Positions 58,154-60,853 of a DNA stretch of 60,853 bases are shown here, piece by piece. Both the position numbers and the translations under genes were made by a program. The DNA comes from a virus (lineage: Duplodnaviria > Caudoviricetes). The DNA lies in the IMG/VR virus record IMGVR_UViG_3300034375_004361, positions 1 through 60,853 of that record; one strand, 5' to 3'. The notes beneath the pieces are model-generated. The model saw only the letters and a program-made list of their open reading frames with translations, did no database searches and had not been told where the DNA came from. The stretch's first letter is position 1, and every line of letters begins with the position of its first letter.

Positions 58154-58383
58154 TGTTTTTGTTTTATCTGGCCTGATTCTACCATGTATTCGATGCAATC
58201 CTTCATGCGTTGGTTGATGGCCTCCATCAGGCCTTCGTTCTGAAAGAAGGTTTGGACGACCACAAGCAATGCTTCGTCCCTTGTCAGCTCGTAGCCGAGC
58301 AGGTATGCCTGTTCCTCTGCATCCTCGATGCCCCAGACAAGTTCACTGCCTGTGTATTGTCCGTCTTTGTTAATCAAATCCAT
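58150..58383 (-). CDS. Hypothetical early protein, 77 aa
   Basis: Downstream of promoter motif 58404-58439. Confidence 0.7.
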   Translation of the reverse strand: MDLINKDGQYTGSELVWGIEDAEEQAYLLGYELTRDEALLVVVQTFFQNEGLMEAINQRMKDCIEYMVESGQIKQKQ

Positions 58384-58403
58384 CGTGTATTGTATTTAAG
58401 GGG

Positions 58404-58439
58404 TTCTAGTATTAGAACGTGGGCGTTCTCGGTTTATTG
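58404..58439 (-). promoter_or_regulatory. Early promoter motif CAATA-N15-CGT-N9-AGAA
   Basis: CAATA AACCGAGAACGCCCA CGT TCTAATACT AGAA. Confidence 0.75.
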
Positions 58440-58598
58440 TATGAACTTGCCCAAAAAATTGTCGGAGATTTCTGCGTGCTCTGCTCGCAAGGCAATCTGC
58501 CTGGCCCTCTCAAGGCTATTGGTTCCGATGCATTGATTCGGTGCCTCGCCTCCATGGTAGAGGTACACTGCGTACCTCATGTATTGATTCTCTTTCAT
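58434..58598 (-). CDS. Hypothetical early protein
   Basis: Likely start MKENQY at 58598, ATGA overlap. Confidence 0.6.
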   Translation of the reverse strand: MKENQYMRYAVYLYHGGEAPNQCIGTNSLERARQIALRAEHAEISDNFLGKFIQ

Positions 58599-58768
58599 TG
58601 CGATTGTGTTTTTTCGTTTGCGCGGACGATTTGAAATCCGTCTGACATCTTGGCCGCCCAACGCTCGATTCGTGGGAGAGTTTCTTGGCACTCCTTGAGT
58701 GTGCCTTCAAACCAAATCACGGAGTCCGCCATAGATTGGTTGCTTGTGCTGATTATCTTGTGGGTCAT
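58595..58768 (-). CDS. Hypothetical early protein
   Basis: Likely start MTHKII at 58768. Confidence 0.6.
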   Translation of the reverse strand: MTHKIISTSNQSMADSVIWFEGTLKECQETLPRIERWAAKMSDGFQIVRANEKTQSQ

Positions 58769-58779
58769 GTGAATGAATG

Positions 58780-58941
58780 TTAAAACGTAGCCCAAAGTTC
58801 TTCGACGCTGTACTTCATGTCGATGGCTTCGATGACCATCCTTTGTGCTTCGATGTCGATGCCTGCGAAAAAGCAGTAGGCATCCACCAATTCGTCTTTG
58901 TTCAAGTCATTGACAATGAATGGGTTATGTCCGTCGTACAT
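58780..58941 (-). CDS. Hypothetical early protein
   Basis: Likely start MYDGHN at 58941, TAATG overlap. Confidence 0.6.
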   Translation of the reverse strand: MYDGHNPFIVNDLNKDELVDAYCFFAGIDIEAQRMVIEAIDMKYSVEELWATF

Positions 58942-59165
58942 TATAATTCTTCTAGGTTGCAGGTGATATCGCCTTTGTTGTCGAGGTATCCTTGGAGGAT
59001 GAGATTGCGTGCGCCACGTCCATAGCTCCCTTGAAGTTGCCATGCCATGCCGCTCTTGATGAGAGATGAGAACAGCTCGATGGTTTGTGGGGCGTTGAGT
59101 TCGCCTGATTCAAAGGCGATGAGATTGGTGACAAGGTCACCCTTGGTTTGCTTTCGTTGATTCAT
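58941..59165 (-). CDS. Conserved small phage protein, 74 aa
   Basis: IAFESGEL......LF..LI.SG.AWQLQGSYGR.A..LI. Confidence 0.75.
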   Translation of the reverse strand: MNQRKQTKGDLVTNLIAFESGELNAPQTIELFSSLIKSGMAWQLQGSYGRGARNLILQGYLDNKGDITCNLEEL

Positions 59166-59285
59166 TGTGCTTTGGATTCGAGGAAGTCAAGTACTTCGTT
59201 AAGTAAGAGACGGGTGCAGGAGAGGACCATGCTCCAACCTGCGTAGACTTGGATGTATACTAGTGGTTCATTCATTGTTCAGGGG

Positions 59286-59321
59286 TTCTAGTATTAAAAC
59301 GTATGGGTTCTCTGTTTATTG
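59286..59321 (-). promoter_or_regulatory. Early promoter motif CAATA-N15-CGT-N9-AGAA
   Basis: CAATA AACAGAGAACCCATA CGT TTTAATACT AGAA. Confidence 0.75.
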
Positions 59322-59333
59322 TGCCAACTGATG

Positions 59334-59570
59334 TTAATTTTCATAAAGGTGAGACACCATGAGAAATTCTCTCCAGACCCAAGACTTGTCTGGGGCTTTA
59401 CCGCGAGCGAACATAACGGGAGACTTCCACACGTGGATGAATGGATGTGAATCAGGAAGTTCTCCTGTGCTGACTAGCTCACGCACCTTGGTCACGACGT
59501 CTTGATAGTTGTCCATCATCTTGATAGACTTGCCTGCGTATTCAATCTGAAAAACGAAGTCCTTTCTCAT
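59334..59570 (-). CDS. Hypothetical early protein, 78 aa
   Basis: 4-nt overlap chain. Confidence 0.65.
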   Translation of the reverse strand: MRKDFVFQIEYAGKSIKMMDNYQDVVTKVRELVSTGELPDSHPFIHVWKSPVMFARGKAPDKSWVWREFLMVSHLYEN

Positions 59571-59758
59571 GGGTTAATTGGTTTGCGTAGCTTGAGACCT
59601 AGGTGGTCTGCCGCATGATTCAAATGCTTCTGGGATGTGACGTTGCAGTACACGAGTTGTTGTAGTATGTCTCCTTCAATACGGCCAACGGGATGACCAT
59701 AGCTGAAGATAGTGCGTCCGTCTGAACAAAGGTTCTCTTGAAACTTGGGGAACTTCAC
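59567..59758 (-). CDS. Hypothetical early protein, 63 aa
   Basis: IFSYG..V..I........TSQKHLN motif; overlap chain. Confidence 0.65.
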   Translation of the reverse strand: MKFPKFQENLCSDGRTIFSYGHPVGRIEGDILQQLVYCNVTSQKHLNHAADHLGLKLRKPINP

Positions 59759-60000
59759 GGCTCCAAGGATTGTGCAAGAGCGATGTTCGAGAGGATGTCC
59801 TCCATGCTCGAAAAGCGAATGCTGTCGGTGATGACCTTCTCTCCATCTTCTGTTCGACGTACCAAGGCAATCTCTTGTGTCGCGTCTGGCAACTCCACCA
59901 TGGAGACGAAGATGTTCTTGGATACGAAGAGTTTCATGTGTCCTCTATTTGAGCCGACCACGTGGCCGATGCTTACTGAAATTTCTTCTGGGTTCTTCAT
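59755..60000 (-). CDS. Hypothetical early protein
   Basis: Likely start MKNPEE at 60000 after promoter motif and A-rich leader. Confidence 0.65.
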   Translation of the reverse strand: MKNPEEISVSIGHVVGSNRGHMKLFVSKNIFVSMVELPDATQEIALVRRTEDGEKVITDSIRFSSMEDILSNIALAQSLEP

Positions 60001-60017
60001 TGTAATTGTGTTTGGGG

Positions 60018-60054
60018 TTCTGTTAGTAGAACGTTGGTGGGGAGGACGATATTG
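60018..60054 (-). promoter_or_regulatory. Early promoter motif CAATA-N16-CGT-N9-AGAA
   Basis: CAATA TCGTCCTCCCCACCAA CGT TCTACTAAC AGAA. Confidence 0.7.
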
Positions 60055-60076
60055 CCCTCCCGCTTGCCAACCAGTG

Positions 60077-60853
60077 TTAATTTCCAAGGATGCAGTCAAC
60101 AGCCTTCATCGCTTGGGTGCATGCGCTGACAAGGAACTTCTTGTCGTTGCCAATCTTGGCAATCCATCCGTTGATGTATGCCTGTGAGTTCGTCTCGTCA
60201 GACTTGGGTTGCAGACCCACGATGCCCGTGAGGAACTGCGCTCCAACTTCTGCCACGAGTTCTTCCTTGCTGTAGTTCTCGTCACCGAATGCGTTCATGT
60301 CAACCAAGGTCTTTCGATTCAACAGCGTCTCGTGTCCTGTGCTGTGCGTCAACTCGTGGAAGAGCACCTTGTAGTAGTCGTCGGAGGACACGAAGGTCTC
60401 CATCTTCGGCATCTGGACGTGGTGTGTCGCAGGCTTGTAGTATGCTCGGTCACCTCCCTGCTTCAGGCTTGGCCGTCCCTTGAACTGCTCGTAGATAGCT
60501 TCGGCTCGCTCGATGGGCGTTGCATCATTGCTTGCCTCCACGGATTCTCGCTTGGGTTCGATGCCGTCACATTGAGCAACGTTGAACACGTTGTAGGCTC
60601 GAAGTGAGAACATTTTCTCGTAGGCCATGCCGATAGGAATGTCAGACTCCTTCTTGTAGATTTTCTTGTCCTCTCCCTTGAAGAAGATGTTCCAGAAGAT
60701 GACCATGGTGGATTTCTCTCCCTTGCGAACCTGACCACCGAGACCTTCAGCCTGCTTGTAGGTCAACCACTCGTTGTGGTCGTACCCCCTGTCCTCCATC
60801 TCGGCGAACAGCATGAACACGTTCATCCCTTTGTACGGACGGCCAGTTGCTCG
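60077..60853 (-). CDS. ardC: ArdC-family antirestriction protein, main part (ssDNA-binding domain + zincin-like MPTase domain)
   Basis: WLTYKQAEGLGGQVRKGEK, YNVFNVAQCDG, AYYKP, LFHELTHSTGH, YSKEELVAE motifs. Confidence 0.9.
   Translation of the reverse strand, partial: RATGRPYKGMNVFMLFAEMEDRGYDHNEWLTYKQAEGLGGQVRKGEKSTMVIFWNIFFKGEDKKIYKKESDIPIGMAYEKMFSLRAYNVFNVAQCDGIEPKRESVEASNDATPIERAEAIYEQFKGRPSLKQGGDRAYYKPATHHVQMPKMETFVSSDDYYKVLFHELTHSTGHETLLNRKTLVDMNAFGDENYSKEELVAEVGAQFLTGIVGLQPKSDETNSQAYINGWIAKIGNDKKFLVSACTQAMKAVDCILGN
60727..60853. repeat. Right copy of the 127-nt terminal overlap
   Basis: Identical to 1-127. Confidence 0.95.

Noticed and set aside
58404-59321. Repeated GGGGTTCTAGTATTA..ACGT as CRISPR repeats
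   Set aside because: Copies are hundreds of nt apart, degenerate, and separated by intact ORFs; no cas genes; better explained as promoters
1-60853. Stop-codon reassignment
   Set aside because: Large genes are intact and densely packed under the standard code; no suppressor tRNA

Overview
Apparently complete circular genome (60,726 bp plus a 127-nt assembly overlap) of a tailed dsDNA phage, most likely a podovirus-type phage of Bacteroidota. Host evidence: TAnnTTTG promoters, Gln after predicted signal-peptide cleavage sites, a T9SS-like C-terminal domain and a BT4734/VirE-N primase. There are two divergent arms. The plus strand (~2.0-49.6 kb) carries small basic proteins, a transglycosylase, GroES-like protein, terminase, portal, fibres, scaffold, major capsid, tail proteins, three putative ejection proteins (one of 3437 aa), lysis genes and a terminal cell-envelope cassette. 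The minus strand (1.5 kb leftward through the junction to 49.6 kb) carries many small early ORFs, ArdC, ERF, RecE-like exonuclease, SSB, tRNA-Arg(TCT) within a structured non-coding block, DnaA-domain-IV-like proteins, primase-helicase and nucleases. I recognised no DNA polymerase, RNA polymerase, sigma factor or integrase. Most notable: (1) a cassette with an RNR-tail-like peptide, outer-membrane barrel, Cys-less thioredoxin fold and T9SS-like substrate; (2) six copies of an ECF-like early promoter motif versus housekeeping, often leaderless late promoters; (3) an ncRNA cluster with a D-armless tRNA-like element; (4) a fibre domain apparently split across gene boundaries. All family calls are from motif recognition by eye, not database searches.
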